NCBI GenBank assembly: GCA_037442105.1
Contig: JBBIQV010000002.1
Span: forward strand, 1-64,000
Source of the DNA: Nitrospiraceae bacterium
GTDB lineage: Bacteria > Nitrospirota > Nitrospiria > Nitrospirales > Nitrospiraceae
Length of the DNA: 64,000 bases
Reading direction: 5' to 3'
The position numbers were made by a program, and so were the translations under genes. Positions 37,974-48,902 of the stretch are shown piece by piece (position 1 is the stretch's first letter; each line of letters begins with the position of its first letter). Below the pieces are notes generated by a model. It did no database searches. It was not told the origin of the DNA and saw nothing but the letters and a program-made list of their open reading frames with translations.

Positions 37974-39881
37974 TCAACGTTTCTCTTTGGGCAGATAGTC
38001 CTTGAGACCACGCCCGATGATTCCGGCCGTGAGCCAAGGGTACTTGCTGCGGAGCGCATTCTTCCCGATGTCTGCGATGATCCGATCTCGGTTGTGGGTG
38101 AGTTCCCGAATGTTCTGCTCGACTCGTTCACGGGCATGCCGAAAGATTTCGTCGGCCAGGTCCCACGCTTCCGAGCGACCGGCGGTTCGCTCCCCCTGCT
38201 CGGCGGTGAGCGCCGTGGCGGCGATCGTCAGCAGGTCTTCGCCGACGGCCTCGATGCGGTTTTGCCGGCCCTGATCGTCCCGCAATGCCGCCCGATGCGA
38301 GACCATTGCGTAGAAGATGGCTCGCGCGAGGCGCCGGCTGGCTTGTTCCGCGTAACGGAGCTTCTCGCGGACCTTGGGGTGGTGGACTTCCGGGCGGGAC
38401 GACAGCGGGCGCGTTCTCCACTGGCCCGCAAACCACGGGACGTAGAAGGCGAGCAGCTTGAACAATTCGCGGAACCTCGCCGTCCAGCTCAGGCCTTCCG
38501 CAAGATAGGCACGAGCCCGCTCCAGGTGCGGGTTTAGTCCTTCTCGCGCGACGAATGGCCGCAGGATATCGGTCGCGCCCTCGCCGATGCGCGACATTTC
38601 GGCGTCGCGGACAAGCTGCTCGATGCCGAAGGCCGGTTCTCCGCGGAATCGCTTTGAATCGGCGGTTTCGTAACCTATTCCGCCGAAAATGATCTGGGCA
38701 TCTTTCAGGAATCGGATCGCCTGTTCCGAACAGAACATTTTGGCGACGGCGGCTTCGATGCGAATGTCGTAGCGGTGCTGATCAGCCAGATGCCAGGCAA
38801 GATAGGCGAGCGATTCCATGGCGAATAAAGTCGCCGCCATCTGACCGATCCGCATCTGTTGCGTCTGGCGATCGGCGAGCGGTTTTCCGAAGGTCAGGCG
38901 CGCCTTCGCCTGGTCCAGCGTGGGTTGCCAGGCTTGTTTGGCCATGCCGAGGCAGATGGCTGGAATGCTGATGGCACGCCCGACGTTGAGAATCGTCAGC
39001 GCATAGCGGAGACCTTTGCCGATCTCCCCGATCACATTGTCGGCGGGGACGCGGACATTCTGGAAGGTCATGTGGGCGTTCTCGATTCCCCGGCAACCCT
39101 CAAACTGGCAGCGCTGGCGGATCTGCACCCCGGGCAAGGTCATATCGAGGATGAAGGCGGTGTGTACGCGATCTTCGGCACCCGTTCCTCCTGGTACGGG
39201 CATCCAGACCGGCGTCCCGCCCTGTAGCGCCCGCTTCACCGGGACGCGAGCAACGAGTGTGACATAGCGTGCAATCGGTCCGTTGGTGCACCAGAGTTTT
39301 TCGCCGTTGACAATGAAGGCGCCGCCCGCTGGATCGAGCACCGCCTCCGTCTGAATGTTGGCGGCGTCGGAGCCGGTCATCGGTTCGGTCAGTGCGAAGG
39401 CGGAGATTGCTTCTCGCGCGACGCGCGGCAGATACGTCTTCTTCTGTTCCTCGCTGCCGAACATCAAGATGGGGATCGCGATCCCGATCGACTGGGGCAC
39501 GGCCACCGTGAGCGACAGGGTATTGCTCCAACTTGCCATGAGCATCAGCACGCGGCCGTAGTTCTTATATGAAAACCCCAGCCCGCCGTACTCTTTGGGG
39601 ATTTTCATCCCGAACGCGCCGAGTTCGAACAGACCTTTCAGCACGCTGCCGGGAATCTTGGCCGTCCGTTCGATTTCGTCAGGATCCACTTCGGTGGTGA
39701 GAAAGACTTCGATGGTCTTGCAGTATGCCTCGCCGATCGCCCGCTCTTCAGGAGGCTCATCCGGGGGAAGCAGGAGATCGAAGTTCGGCCGGCCCTCATA
39801 GAGACCTGCCATGAAGCTCAAACCGGCCAAATGCTCGCGAGCTTCTTCGATCCGCTCAAGCCCTGTGAACAGCCGGGACAT
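37974..39881 (-). CDS. Long acyl-CoA dehydrogenase (VLCAD/ACAD9-like)
   Basis: PKEYGGLG, AFALTEPMTGSDA, NGEKLWCTNG, GGIGYE and IGEGATDI. Confidence 0.92.
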   Translation of the reverse strand: MSRLFTGLERIEEAREHLAGLSFMAGLYEGRPNFDLLLPPDEPPEERAIGEAYCKTIEVFLTTEVDPDEIERTAKIPGSVLKGLFELGAFGMKIPKEYGGLGFSYKNYGRVLMLMASWSNTLSLTVAVPQSIGIAIPILMFGSEEQKKTYLPRVAREAISAFALTEPMTGSDAANIQTEAVLDPAGGAFIVNGEKLWCTNGPIARYVTLVARVPVKRALQGGTPVWMPVPGGTGAEDRVHTAFILDMTLPGVQIRQRCQFEGCRGIENAHMTFQNVRVPADNVIGEIGKGLRYALTILNVGRAISIPAICLGMAKQAWQPTLDQAKARLTFGKPLADRQTQQMRIGQMAATLFAMESLAYLAWHLADQHRYDIRIEAAVAKMFCSEQAIRFLKDAQIIFGGIGYETADSKRFRGEPAFGIEQLVRDAEMSRIGEGATDILRPFVAREGLNPHLERARAYLAEGLSWTARFRELFKLLAFYVPWFAGQWRTRPLSSRPEVHHPKVREKLRYAEQASRRLARAIFYAMVSHRAALRDDQGRQNRIEAVGEDLLTIAATALTAEQGERTAGRSEAWDLADEIFRHARERVEQNIRELTHNRDRIIADIGKNALRSKYPWLTAGIIGRGLKDYLPKEKR

Positions 39882-39900
39882 AACCTGCCTCCTCTCCTCC

Positions 39901-41622
39901 CTATGCGCGTTCCTTGAACTGGATGTCACGGTAGGCGGCGAGAGTCGGAGCCAGACGGGATTTCAGCTCCAACCTCTTGGGTTTTCCGGTCGAGGTGTAG
40001 GGGATTTCCTGCCCAAAGAGAATGACCTTGGGCCGTTTCGAAAAGGAAAGGTGGCCGCGGCAGTATTCCAGCAGCTCGGACTCTGTGGGAGGTGCACCGC
40101 AGTCGCGTGGAACCACATAGGCCGCGATCTCTTCACCGTAGTACCGGTTTTCGAACGGCACAGCCATCGCAAACTTGACGCCGGGATGGCCTTTCAATGC
40201 GTCGTCGATCTCGAGCGGGGAGATATTGATTCCTCCGCGAATGATCAGTTCTTTGAGCCGGCCTGAGATGAAGAAAAACTGGCGCCCCTTCTCGTCGCTC
40301 GCATAAAACCCTTCATCGCCAGAGCGGAACCATCCCCATCGGAATGCGGCCTCATTCGCGTCGTCACGTTTGAGGTATCCGGCGCAGACCGTCCGTCCGC
40401 GGATGCAAATTTCTCCTCGAACGTTTTCTGCGACACGACATCCTTTCTCATCGAGGATGGCCATCTCATTATGTTGGAGCGGAACCCCGATGGAGGGGAA
40501 CTCATAGTGAGTAAGCCAGCGGCGGTGCTGCGCCGGCGACAAGTCATTGGGCAGAAAGCAGGAGTAACAGGTGGTTTCGGAGAGACCGTATCCGTGCCGG
40601 ATGGGGAACCGAAACCGATCTTCGAATCGTACGGCGGTGTCTTTGAGCAACGGACCGGCGCCGCAGATAAATCCGCCGAAGCAGTCCAATTTGTACGGCG
40701 CGATATCCTCGTTCGCCTCGAGGAGGAATTCCAGTAGGGTCGGCACGACGCTCACGCAGGTCACCTGCTCCTCGTGCAGTCTCCGCCACAACGAACCCGT
40801 CTTGAATTTCCGATTGAGCACGATGCTGCCCTTGCAATAGAACGGAGTGACGAGCGTGACGACGGTTCCGTTGACGTGGTGGATCGGGAGCACACACATC
40901 AAGCGATCCTGCATCCCGAACGAGTGCCAACCGGCGATGGCATCGGCATCGATCAGGAGATTGTCCGCTGTAAGGATGACCCCTTTAGGCGGTCCGGTCG
41001 TGCCGGAGGTGTAGACGATCAGAGCTTCATCTTCCAACGAACAGGCATGAGGGGAGTGGCCGGAGGCGAGCGAGAGGTGTTTTCTCTTGCTCCTAGCCTC
41101 TTGCTTCTTGTCTATACACAATTCCTTGTCGCCGATCGCGATGACTTCGCGCAGGGCCGGGAGTTCCGCCTGAAGGCTTTTCAGCTCGTCGAGAGAGTCT
41201 TGCCAACACATGACCGCCGACGCCTCCGAATGTTCGAGGATGTAGCGTTTCTTGTCTGCCGGCTCCTCGATATTCATCGGGACCACCGTGATGCCTGAGG
41301 TCCAGGCTGCAAAATACAGAATGACGGTGAGGTCATGGTTGAACAAGACCGTGGCCAGGCGGTCCCCGCGCCGGAGACCAACCTGGTCGTGGAGAAAGGT
41401 CGCCGCTTGCTGGACGACCGTACCGAACTCCGCATAGGTGTAAGTACGATGGATCCGGCGGTCGTCGTCGTAATAAGTCAGGAAATTCCGATCGATCAGG
41501 GCTCGATCGAAGATGCGGGATTTGAAGAACTCGGCAAAGGAAGCCCAGGGCAGGGCGAATGGTGGGCCGTCCATTTGCCGAGCCTGCAAAATTCGGTCAT
41601 GCGCGTCGATCAATGGGCACAT
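39901..41622 (-). CDS. Acyl-CoA ligase (ANL superfamily)
   Basis: YTSGTTGPPKG, GYGLSET, WFRSGD, GRLKELII and TSTGK. Confidence 0.92.
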   Translation of the reverse strand: MCPLIDAHDRILQARQMDGPPFALPWASFAEFFKSRIFDRALIDRNFLTYYDDDRRIHRTYTYAEFGTVVQQAATFLHDQVGLRRGDRLATVLFNHDLTVILYFAAWTSGITVVPMNIEEPADKKRYILEHSEASAVMCWQDSLDELKSLQAELPALREVIAIGDKELCIDKKQEARSKRKHLSLASGHSPHACSLEDEALIVYTSGTTGPPKGVILTADNLLIDADAIAGWHSFGMQDRLMCVLPIHHVNGTVVTLVTPFYCKGSIVLNRKFKTGSLWRRLHEEQVTCVSVVPTLLEFLLEANEDIAPYKLDCFGGFICGAGPLLKDTAVRFEDRFRFPIRHGYGLSETTCYSCFLPNDLSPAQHRRWLTHYEFPSIGVPLQHNEMAILDEKGCRVAENVRGEICIRGRTVCAGYLKRDDANEAAFRWGWFRSGDEGFYASDEKGRQFFFISGRLKELIIRGGINISPLEIDDALKGHPGVKFAMAVPFENRYYGEEIAAYVVPRDCGAPPTESELLEYCRGHLSFSKRPKVILFGQEIPYTSTGKPKRLELKSRLAPTLAAYRDIQFKERA

Positions 41623-42763
41623 AGGTTTGCGGTGAAGGTCCTGTGTAAAGCGCGCGCGGTCTCATCAACCGATTATGGTCTTGCTGCTCGATCACATGTG
41701 CGCACCAGCCGGTGATACGCGAGCAGACGAACACCGGCGTATAGAGATCGCGAGGGATGCCCATCAGGAGGTAGGCCACGGCGGTGTAGAAATCCAGGTT
41801 CGGATAGAGCCCCTTCTCCTGCTGCATGACGCGATCGATGATCGTGGCGATCTCGTACCACCGGCTATCGCCGCAAATGCGGCTTAACGCCTCGGCGTGC
41901 CGTTGAATGATGAGAGAGCGAGAGTCGCCTTTCTTCAACACGCGATGGCCGAATCCCATCACCCGGCGTTTCGCCGCCAAGGTGCTCCGCACCCACTGCT
42001 CCGCCCGGTCGCGGCTCTTGATTTCCAGGAACATAGCGGCGACGGCCTCATTGGCGCCGCCGTGGAGCGGACCTTTAAGCGTCCCGATCGCCGCCGTGAT
42101 GGCCGAGTAGAGATCCGTCATGGTCGAAGCGGTGACGCGCGCGGCAAACGTTGACGCGTTAAACTCGTGCTCGGCATAAAGGATCAAGGACGCATCCAAT
42201 ACCCGAGCCATCGCCTTCGCCGCGGTGTCTCCATGGCGGTCGGTCAGGAGATAGAGCAGGTTTTCGGCGAAGGTGAGACCGGCCAGCGGCCGGATCTGCC
42301 GCTTGGCATGGGCAAGGCGGTAGGCTGTGGCGACGATCAGAGGAATCTGTGCCAACAGTCGGACTGCTTTGCGGATGTTGGCCTCATGAGAATTGTCCGC
42401 TGCCTCCGAATCGGTCATGCCGAGCAGCGAAACACCGGTTCTGAGGATGTCCATAGGATGGGCATTCGGAGGAACGACCCCGAGGAAGGCTTCGACGGGT
42501 CCCGGGAGAATCCAATTGGCAGTGAGCTGCGTGACGAAATCCTCCAGCTCTTTTCGCATCGGCAGTTTGCCGAACAGAAGCAGGTAAGCCACATCCTCGA
42601 ACGTCGCCTGTTCAGCCAGGTCGCCGATCGCGTACCCTCGGTATCGCAGACCGGCCTCGCCTTCGTCCACCAGGCACAGGGCTGATTCGCCGGCAAGCAC
42701 TCCTTCCAGCCCGGGGCTGTAGGCGGGGGCCTGGGAGCTCTCAGGTGCGAGATTCGCCGTCAT
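41597..42763 (-). CDS. prpC: 2-methylcitrate synthase / citrate synthase
   Basis: EHEFNAST, GPLHGGANE, MGFGHRV and PNLDFY; adjacent to prpB and prpD. Confidence 0.85.
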   Translation of the reverse strand: MTANLAPESSQAPAYSPGLEGVLAGESALCLVDEGEAGLRYRGYAIGDLAEQATFEDVAYLLLFGKLPMRKELEDFVTQLTANWILPGPVEAFLGVVPPNAHPMDILRTGVSLLGMTDSEAADNSHEANIRKAVRLLAQIPLIVATAYRLAHAKRQIRPLAGLTFAENLLYLLTDRHGDTAAKAMARVLDASLILYAEHEFNASTFAARVTASTMTDLYSAITAAIGTLKGPLHGGANEAVAAMFLEIKSRDRAEQWVRSTLAAKRRVMGFGHRVLKKGDSRSLIIQRHAEALSRICGDSRWYEIATIIDRVMQQEKGLYPNLDFYTAVAYLLMGIPRDLYTPVFVCSRITGWCAHVIEQQDHNRLMRPRALYTGPSPQTYVPIDRRA

Positions 42764-43655
42764 CGCGTGACCGGAATTGTTTTTCCTGTCGTTCATATTC
42801 CGCGTACCGTAGAAGTTCATACTGTTGTTGTCTCGTATGCATGCGACTCAACAGGTCGCGCTGCGAGCCGTGATTCATTAACTCAAGCAGCATTTCTTCG
42901 ATCGCTTTCGTTGCGACTCTGAGCGCCGTGACGGGGAAGAGCACCAGACGATAGCCGAGTTCTTCAAACTCGCTCACGCTCAGAAAGGGGGTCTTGCCGA
43001 ACTCGGTCATGTTGGCGACCAGGGGCACCTTGGCACCTTCCTTTGCGAGTCGTTCGGCAAAGGCGCGGAATTCTCCCGCCGATTCGAGAGCCTCCGGAAA
43101 AATCGCGTCTGCTCCTGCCTCGACGTAGGCGCGAGCCCGCTGCGCCGCCGCTTCCAACCCTTCGACTGCCCGGGCGTCGGTGCGCGCGATGATGAGAAAA
43201 TCCTGGTCATGGCGAGCTTCGACGGCAGCCAGAATCTTGCCGACCATCTCCTGTGTGGAAACCAGTCGCTTGCCCGGCAGGTGTCCGCACTTCTTGGGCA
43301 TCTCCTGGTCCTCCAGTTGAATCCCTGCCAGGCCGGCCCGTTCGAACTCGCGGACCGCCCGCATGACCATGAGGGGGGGGCCGAACCCCGTATCCGCATC
43401 GACCACGGCCGGAATCGTCACGGCATGGCCGATCGCGGTCGCGTCGGACACCACTTCGGTCAAGGAGAGCAAACCGATATCGGGCAACCCTCGTGATGCA
43501 GCCACGCCGGCGCCGGAGATGTACACGGCTTGGAAACCGGCCCGTTCGATCTGTATCGCGGTCAGCGCATTGAACGCTCCTGGCAGCACCACTGTCTGCC
43601 TGTCGAGCAGATCCCGCAGGCGCCGTGCCTTCGTATGTTGTTTGTCACCCGTCAC
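42741..43655 (-). CDS. prpB: Methylisocitrate lyase
   Basis: DADTGFG, KKCGHL, IARTDA and ANMTEFGKT. Confidence 0.92.
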   Translation of the reverse strand: MTGDKQHTKARRLRDLLDRQTVVLPGAFNALTAIQIERAGFQAVYISGAGVAASRGLPDIGLLSLTEVVSDATAIGHAVTIPAVVDADTGFGPPLMVMRAVREFERAGLAGIQLEDQEMPKKCGHLPGKRLVSTQEMVGKILAAVEARHDQDFLIIARTDARAVEGLEAAAQRARAYVEAGADAIFPEALESAGEFRAFAERLAKEGAKVPLVANMTEFGKTPFLSVSEFEELGYRLVLFPVTALRVATKAIEEMLLELMNHGSQRDLLSRMHTRQQQYELLRYAEYERQEKQFRSRDDGESRT

Positions 43656-43658
43656 TCA

Positions 43659-45071
43659 TCACCTGTTACGGACTTTTAGGAGCGGCATCAACGTTCCGAC
43701 ATCTTTCACCTGATCGAGCTTCCAGACCAGGTCTATGACCTTTGCGACTCGCGTTCGATCGAGAGTCCGTGAGGCGAGTCTGCGGAACTTGTCTTCCACC
43801 TCTTGGTCGGACATGGAGTTCTTGGGATGGCCAAGCGGATGATCCACCTGGTGCGCGTAGTCTTTGCCGGCCTTCGTGCGGATTGAGACACGTGTGGGCA
43901 TGGCGTGCGGATACCGACCGATGAAATCGGGCTGCTGAACGACGCGCACTTTCTGCATGAGTTCGTGAAGAATCGGATCGGCCAACCGCTTGTTGTCGAA
44001 CGAGCGGAAGGTTACCGTCCCGTCCAGCAATGCGACCGCCACGCAATAGGGGAAACTATGGTCGGCGGTTTCTCTGGTCTGCGGGCGCCACTTTTCGGGA
44101 TCGCGTCCGATGATTTCGATCGCGACATCGTAGCTGCCGATCTCGATGTCCGTGATGCCGGCACAGGCATCGGTTCCTTCCGCTTTCAACAATTCCTCCC
44201 TGAGCACCAGGGCTGCTTCCACCGCCGTTTGTGCGTGATACTCCACCGGGTAATGTTTGATGTAGGTATCCAGAATCTTGAACGAAGGGGACTGGCTCCC
44301 GCCCAGGGCGGGTGCCTGTCCCCGTTCGCCGCCGAATGCGGGCAAGTCCAACGGCCCCGACACCAGCTTCATAAAGCCTTTCTCGCCTTCAAAAAGCGGA
44401 GAAGGCCCCGTCATCCCTTGCTGAGCCAGCATTGCGGCAAAGACCCCGTTGCGAGCAGCATTGGAAAAGGCGCAGGCCTTCCACATAGAGAGGTCGCCGA
44501 CGCGCGTTTGCCTCAGCGCAACATTGGCCACTCCGGCCAGGTTGACCGCTTGGAGGGTCTGCGCTTCGGAGAGTTTCATGACCTTGGCGGCAGCCAACGC
44601 CGATGAGAACGGACCGTATGTGACATGGTCCCATCCACGTGGCCGCAGCGCGGCTGCGTCACAGAATCGGCACTGGACCTCGTATGCGAGCGCAATGGCC
44701 TGGATGACCCGCTGGCCGGAGGCACGGGCCGTTTCTCCCACTGCAAGAACGGCAGCGATGTTGTCCGACGGATGGGCCGGTTCTTGTGCGAGGTAGGTGT
44801 CGTTGAAATCCAGATAGCGGACGAGCGCGCCGTTAGCGAAGGCGGCGAGGTCCGGGAGCGTGGTGTGATTCGTTCCCCACAGGGTCGCGCCGTTGGGAAC
44901 TTTGACCGAGGCCGCGAGCCTGCGCGCGATCCTGCAAGGAGGCGAATGCCAGGCGCCAAAGGCGCAGCCGAGGCTATCGAGAACCCGCCGCTTCACCTCG
45001 TGAACGACGGCAGGGGGAAGGTCATCAAAGCAGAGATTCCGGCTGTAATGAGCGAGGCGATCCGCAAGCAT
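43659..45071 (-). CDS. prpD: 2-methylcitrate dehydratase (MmgE/PrpD)
   Basis: RYLDFNDT, HPSDN, GWDHV and ETADHS. Confidence 0.92.
   Translation of the reverse strand: MLADRLAHYSRNLCFDDLPPAVVHEVKRRVLDSLGCAFGAWHSPPCRIARRLAASVKVPNGATLWGTNHTTLPDLAAFANGALVRYLDFNDTYLAQEPAHPSDNIAAVLAVGETARASGQRVIQAIALAYEVQCRFCDAAALRPRGWDHVTYGPFSSALAAAKVMKLSEAQTLQAVNLAGVANVALRQTRVGDLSMWKACAFSNAARNGVFAAMLAQQGMTGPSPLFEGEKGFMKLVSGPLDLPAFGGERGQAPALGGSQSPSFKILDTYIKHYPVEYHAQTAVEAALVLREELLKAEGTDACAGITDIEIGSYDVAIEIIGRDPEKWRPQTRETADHSFPYCVAVALLDGTVTFRSFDNKRLADPILHELMQKVRVVQQPDFIGRYPHAMPTRVSIRTKAGKDYAHQVDHPLGHPKNSMSDQEVEDKFRRLASRTLDRTRVAKVIDLVWKLDQVKDVGTLMPLLKVRNR
44287..44323. repeat. REP-like palindrome in frame inside prpD
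   Basis: GGGGACTGGCTCCC-GCCCAGGGC-GGGTGCCTGTCCCC. Confidence 0.65.
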
Positions 45072-45109
45072 GTTCCCTCTCACGCGCGAAGCGGCAATGG
45101 TCACACCTC

Positions 45110-45880
45110 TCACTCCCCGAACTTCGGCGGTCGCTTTTCCAGGAAAGCCTGGACCCCCTCTTTCTTGTCCGGCGTTTCGAACAAATGTCCGAACAGCTCG
45201 GCTTCACGGGCGAGCCCTTCGGCAAGGGGGCTGTCCAGTCCGACCCTGATCGCCCTCAAAGCCGCCTGTGTCGCAATCCGTCCCTGCGCGACGATCGTTG
45301 TCGCCAAAGCCTGGGCTTCATTCATGAGGGCCTCGGCCGGAACAACCCGATTGACCAGCCCTATCGTTATGGCGTCCTCGGCGGTGATCGTTGCCCCCGT
45401 CAAGATCAACTCCGTTGCCTTTGCCGGTCCCACGATCCTGGGGAGTCTCTGAGTTCCTCCGAAACCGGGAATGAGGCCGAGTTTGGTTTCGGGCAGGCCC
45501 AGAGAAACCTTCGCTGCTGCGAGGCGCATGTGGCAGGCCAGGGCCAACTCAAGACCGCCGCCGACGCAGGTCCCGTTAATGGCGGCGATGACGGGTTTGT
45601 CGAATCGCTCGATGCGATTCAGTAGAGCCTGTCCGCGCCCGGCAAGCTCCGATCCCGCATAGGAAGTGTGGAGGTGCGACAGCTCGTTAATGTCGGCGCC
45701 GGCGGAGAAAAATCGCCCGGACCCGGTCACCACGATGACGCGGACATAGTCGTCGACCTCCAAATCGCTCAACACCTGATCGAGCTCTTTCAGCATTGAA
45801 TGGTCCAGGACATTTGCGGGAGGGTTGTGCAAGGTGATGCGGGCAATTCGATGCGACACCGTCAGCAATTCGTGAGGCAT
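45110..45880 (-). CDS. Enoyl-CoA hydratase
   Basis: FSAGADI, GGGLELALAC and PETKLGLIPGFGGTQRL. Confidence 0.93.
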   Translation of the reverse strand: MPHELLTVSHRIARITLHNPPANVLDHSMLKELDQVLSDLEVDDYVRVIVVTGSGRFFSAGADINELSHLHTSYAGSELAGRGQALLNRIERFDKPVIAAINGTCVGGGLELALACHMRLAAAKVSLGLPETKLGLIPGFGGTQRLPRIVGPAKATELILTGATITAEDAITIGLVNRVVPAEALMNEAQALATTIVAQGRIATQAALRAIRVGLDSPLAEGLAREAELFGHLFETPDKKEGVQAFLEKRPPKFGE

Positions 45881-45900
45881 GGTGACCACCTCTTTTTTTG

Positions 45901-46656
45901 CTAGCTGGCTGGTCTCCTATCCCGGTAGGTGCCGATCAGATCGACCAGCCTCTGGCGCTCGGCAATGGCCGACACCAGTTCGGGAACGCCGTCGCCTTTC
46001 ACCGCAACCGTGCAGAGCACCTGGGGATACCAGTCGCGCAAATCGCGCAGCGTGGCCGAGGCGCCTTCATGGTCTCCCTTGTTCACGACCACAATGTGGG
46101 CGACTTCCAATAAGCCGGCTTTCATGGCCTGCACTTCATCGCCGAGCCCCGGCGCCACCACCGCGACGACTGTCTGAGCCACATCGACAATATCGACTTC
46201 ACCCTGGCCGACACCGATCGTTTCGATCAGAATGACCTCGTACCCGGCTGCCTCCAGCGCCAGCGAAGCCTCTCGCGTGGCGCGGGCCAGTCCTCCGTGT
46301 TGGCCGCGCGTTGCCATGCTGCGAATGTAGACTCCCGGATCCAGCGCATGATCCTGCATGCGAATACGGTCGCCCAATATCGCGCCTCCCGTCACCGGAC
46401 TGCTGATATCCACGGCCAATACCGCGACCTTCTTGCCTTGTCGTCGATAGGTGGTCACGAGTTGATCGATCAGCGTGCTTTTGCCCGCGCCCGGGTACCC
46501 GGTGATGCCGATCACGGCCGACCGGTGTGGCACCGAAACCAGCAACCGAAGCGCCGCAATTCCATCCGGGTCTCGATTTTCCAGCAAGGTAATCAAGCGA
46601 GAAACCGCGCGGATATCGCCGGCCTTCACGTGATCGACCAATGCCGGCGTGTCCAT
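45901..46656 (-). CDS. meaB: MeaB-like acyl-CoA mutase-associated GTPase
   Basis: GYPGAGKST, GGAILGDRIRM, ETIGVGQ and VVNKGD. Confidence 0.92.
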   Translation of the reverse strand: MDTPALVDHVKAGDIRAVSRLITLLENRDPDGIAALRLLVSVPHRSAVIGITGYPGAGKSTLIDQLVTTYRRQGKKVAVLAVDISSPVTGGAILGDRIRMQDHALDPGVYIRSMATRGQHGGLARATREASLALEAAGYEVILIETIGVGQGEVDIVDVAQTVVAVVAPGLGDEVQAMKAGLLEVAHIVVVNKGDHEGASATLRDLRDWYPQVLCTVAVKGDGVPELVSAIAERQRLVDLIGTYRDRRPAS

Positions 46657-46673
46657 GACTATCCCCCCCTCCT

Positions 46674-47165
46674 TCACTCTCCCCCTCGAGGGGGGAGGGG
46701 TGGGCGGGGGTGGGCAGGCTCGAACCACACATCGGTCACCTTGAACGACGGTGTCTTGGCAAAGCAGGCGACCACCGGCAAGCCGATGCGAACCGCCTCC
46801 GGCTCGATCCCCTTCAGGCGGGAGAGAAACAGGGTGTTTGCGCCATCGAATTCCACGAGGATCAGAGTGAACGGCGTCTCATGGAGGAACAGCTCGCCGC
46901 CATAATAACACGTGGTAAAGGTGTGAACAGCCCCACGGTTCGGCAGCTCGTGCCATGCCGTGGAGGCGCCGCATTCCATGCAGTGGGATCGGGGCGTGGC
47001 ATACGTATACCCGCAGGCCGTGCAGCGAGAACCGAGGAGCTTCCCTTTTGTCAGCCCGACAAAAAACGGCGAGTCTTCGGCGTAGCTATGCCGGTAATCG
47101 ATCTCGTAATGATCGCGGATGACGAGAGGATCGACACCGAGTACCACCGTCCCTTTGTTATTCAT
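46674..47165 (-). CDS. DUF35 Zn-ribbon/OB-fold protein
   Basis: GSRCTACG..PRSHCMECG followed by OB-fold; adjacent to thiolase-like gene. Confidence 0.9.
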   Translation of the reverse strand: MNNKGTVVLGVDPLVIRDHYEIDYRHSYAEDSPFFVGLTKGKLLGSRCTACGYTYATPRSHCMECGASTAWHELPNRGAVHTFTTCYYGGELFLHETPFTLILVEFDGANTLFLSRLKGIEPEAVRIGLPVVACFAKTPSFKVTDVWFEPAHPRPPLPPRGGE

Positions 47166-47220
47166 TTTCGCCTCTCTTTTCCACGCCTCACCCATCACTC
47201 ATCACGTGTCACTGGCTCTC

Positions 47221-48504
47221 TCACGCCGCCTCAAGTATCGACACCGTAATATATGTCCCCGTACCGGCGTGGCTATGAATGAGACCCCGTTTCGGGTTCC
47301 TGATCTGAAGCGTGCCGTTGCCCAGATGTTTCCCAGTGGTTCCTTGCAATTGCCAATAGGCAAAGACCGCCTGCATCAGACCGGTCGCACCGACCGGGTG
47401 TCCGCAGGCCAGCAGTCCTCCCGATGGATTGACCGGCAAGCGTCCCTGCTTCGGGAGTTCCAGGCCATAGTCGATGCCGGGCATGAAGGGGATGCCGCTT
47501 TCCACAAAACGCCCGCCCTCGCCATATTTACAGAGGCCTAAATCTTCATAGGTCTGAATCTCGGAAGACGTGTAGGCATCATGCAGCTCGATGAAACTCA
47601 GATCCTCCACCGGATAGCTGATGCCCGCCATCTCATAGGCGAGTTTCGCCGCCATGCGCCCACCCCTGAATGAATGGACGCCGGGATATTTGAGATGTCG
47701 GTAGTCCTCTTCTCGCTCATGCGGCAGAAGGATCACTTTGCTGTGCGGACGGTCTGCCATCCGCATCGCGTCCGACCCCGAACCGACGCCGGTGATCTTT
47801 ACAGGACGGTCGCAAACCTTGAAGGCGACTGCCTCGGACGCCAGTAGACAGACCGCCGCGCCGTCCGACATGGTGCAGATGTCTTCCATCGTCAGTGGCG
47901 TGGCGACCATCGGAGACTCCCGTACCTGCTTGATCGTGAGCCGTTTGGCTTTCTGCGCGTAAGGATTGTAGAGGGCGTTCGCGTGGTTCTTGACCGACAC
48001 CATCGCCATCTGTTCCGCCGTGGTGCCGAATTCGTGCATGTGGCGCTGAACCATCATCGCGTAGTAGCCGGAATAGAATCCCCCCACCGGAAAGTCGAAG
48101 TTGGTGTCAGAAGCGAGGGCGATGAACTCGTTCCCCTTCCACGTGTTCACCCGCGACATGGTTTCGAAACCGAATGCCGCGCAGCAGTTCATGCGTCCGG
48201 ACGCCACGGCTTCCCAGGCGGATTGGAAGCACAGACCGCCGGTGGCGCCTCCCCCTTCAATACGTTTGGAGGGTTTCGGACAGAGGCCCAAATAGTCTTG
48301 CACCATGCTGGCCGCTTTGAGTTGCCGGGTGAAGTGGTCGGAGAAATAAGACCCCACTGCTCCGTCGATCATGTCTTTGGAGAAACGTGGTATGTCCCGC
48401 ATCGCATAGTCGAAGGCTTCTTTCACCATGAGCCGGAAGTCCTTGTCCGGATGAGCCTTCGCAAATTTGGTGATCCCGCCGCTGATCATGTAGACCGGTC
48501 TCAT
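47221..48504 (-). CDS. SCP2-type thiolase-superfamily protein (catalytic Cys absent)
   Basis: SDGAA, ELHDAYT and [24 protein letters not shown] where E-x-x-C-A-S-G is expected. Confidence 0.85.
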   Translation of the reverse strand: MRPVYMISGGITKFAKAHPDKDFRLMVKEAFDYAMRDIPRFSKDMIDGAVGSYFSDHFTRQLKAASMVQDYLGLCPKPSKRIEGGGATGGLCFQSAWEAVASGRMNCCAAFGFETMSRVNTWKGNEFIALASDTNFDFPVGGFYSGYYAMMVQRHMHEFGTTAEQMAMVSVKNHANALYNPYAQKAKRLTIKQVRESPMVATPLTMEDICTMSDGAAVCLLASEAVAFKVCDRPVKITGVGSGSDAMRMADRPHSKVILLPHEREEDYRHLKYPGVHSFRGGRMAAKLAYEMAGISYPVEDLSFIELHDAYTSSEIQTYEDLGLCKYGEGGRFVESGIPFMPGIDYGLELPKQGRLPVNPSGGLLACGHPVGATGLMQAVFAYWQLQGTTGKHLGNGTLQIRNPKRGLIHSHAGTGTYITVSILEAA

Positions 48505-48902
48505 GATCGGAGCCCTTTCACAAAGTCCACGATCTCGCTCATGGGGGCTCCGGGTCTAAACAACGCCCGCACACCGGCCGCTTTCAGTTTCGGAACATCC
48601 TCATCCGGAATGATGCCTCCGCCGAAGACGGCAATGTCCTCCGCGTCCTGCTCCCTGAGTAACTCGATGACGCGAAGGAACAGGGTATTGTGGGCGCCGG
48701 AAAGAATGCTCAGGCCGATGGCATCGACATCCTCCTGAACTGCCGTATTGACCACTTGTTCGGGGGTCTGGTGCAGGCCGGTATAGATCACCTCCATGCC
48801 GGCGTCGCGGAGCGCTCGCGCGACAAGCTTCACCCCACGGTCATGACCATCGAGACCCACTTTGCCGATCAAGACACGGATCGGTTTCGTCGCTACTGCC
48901 AT
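48501..48902 (-). CDS. Cobalamin-binding small subunit of acyl-CoA mutase (IcmB-like)
   Basis: [15 protein letters not shown] and GGIIP. Confidence 0.93.
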   Translation of the reverse strand: MAVATKPIRVLIGKVGLDGHDRGVKLVARALRDAGMEVIYTGLHQTPEQVVNTAVQEDVDAIGLSILSGAHNTLFLRVIELLREQDAEDIAVFGGGIIPDEDVPKLKAAGVRALFRPGAPMSEIVDFVKGLRS

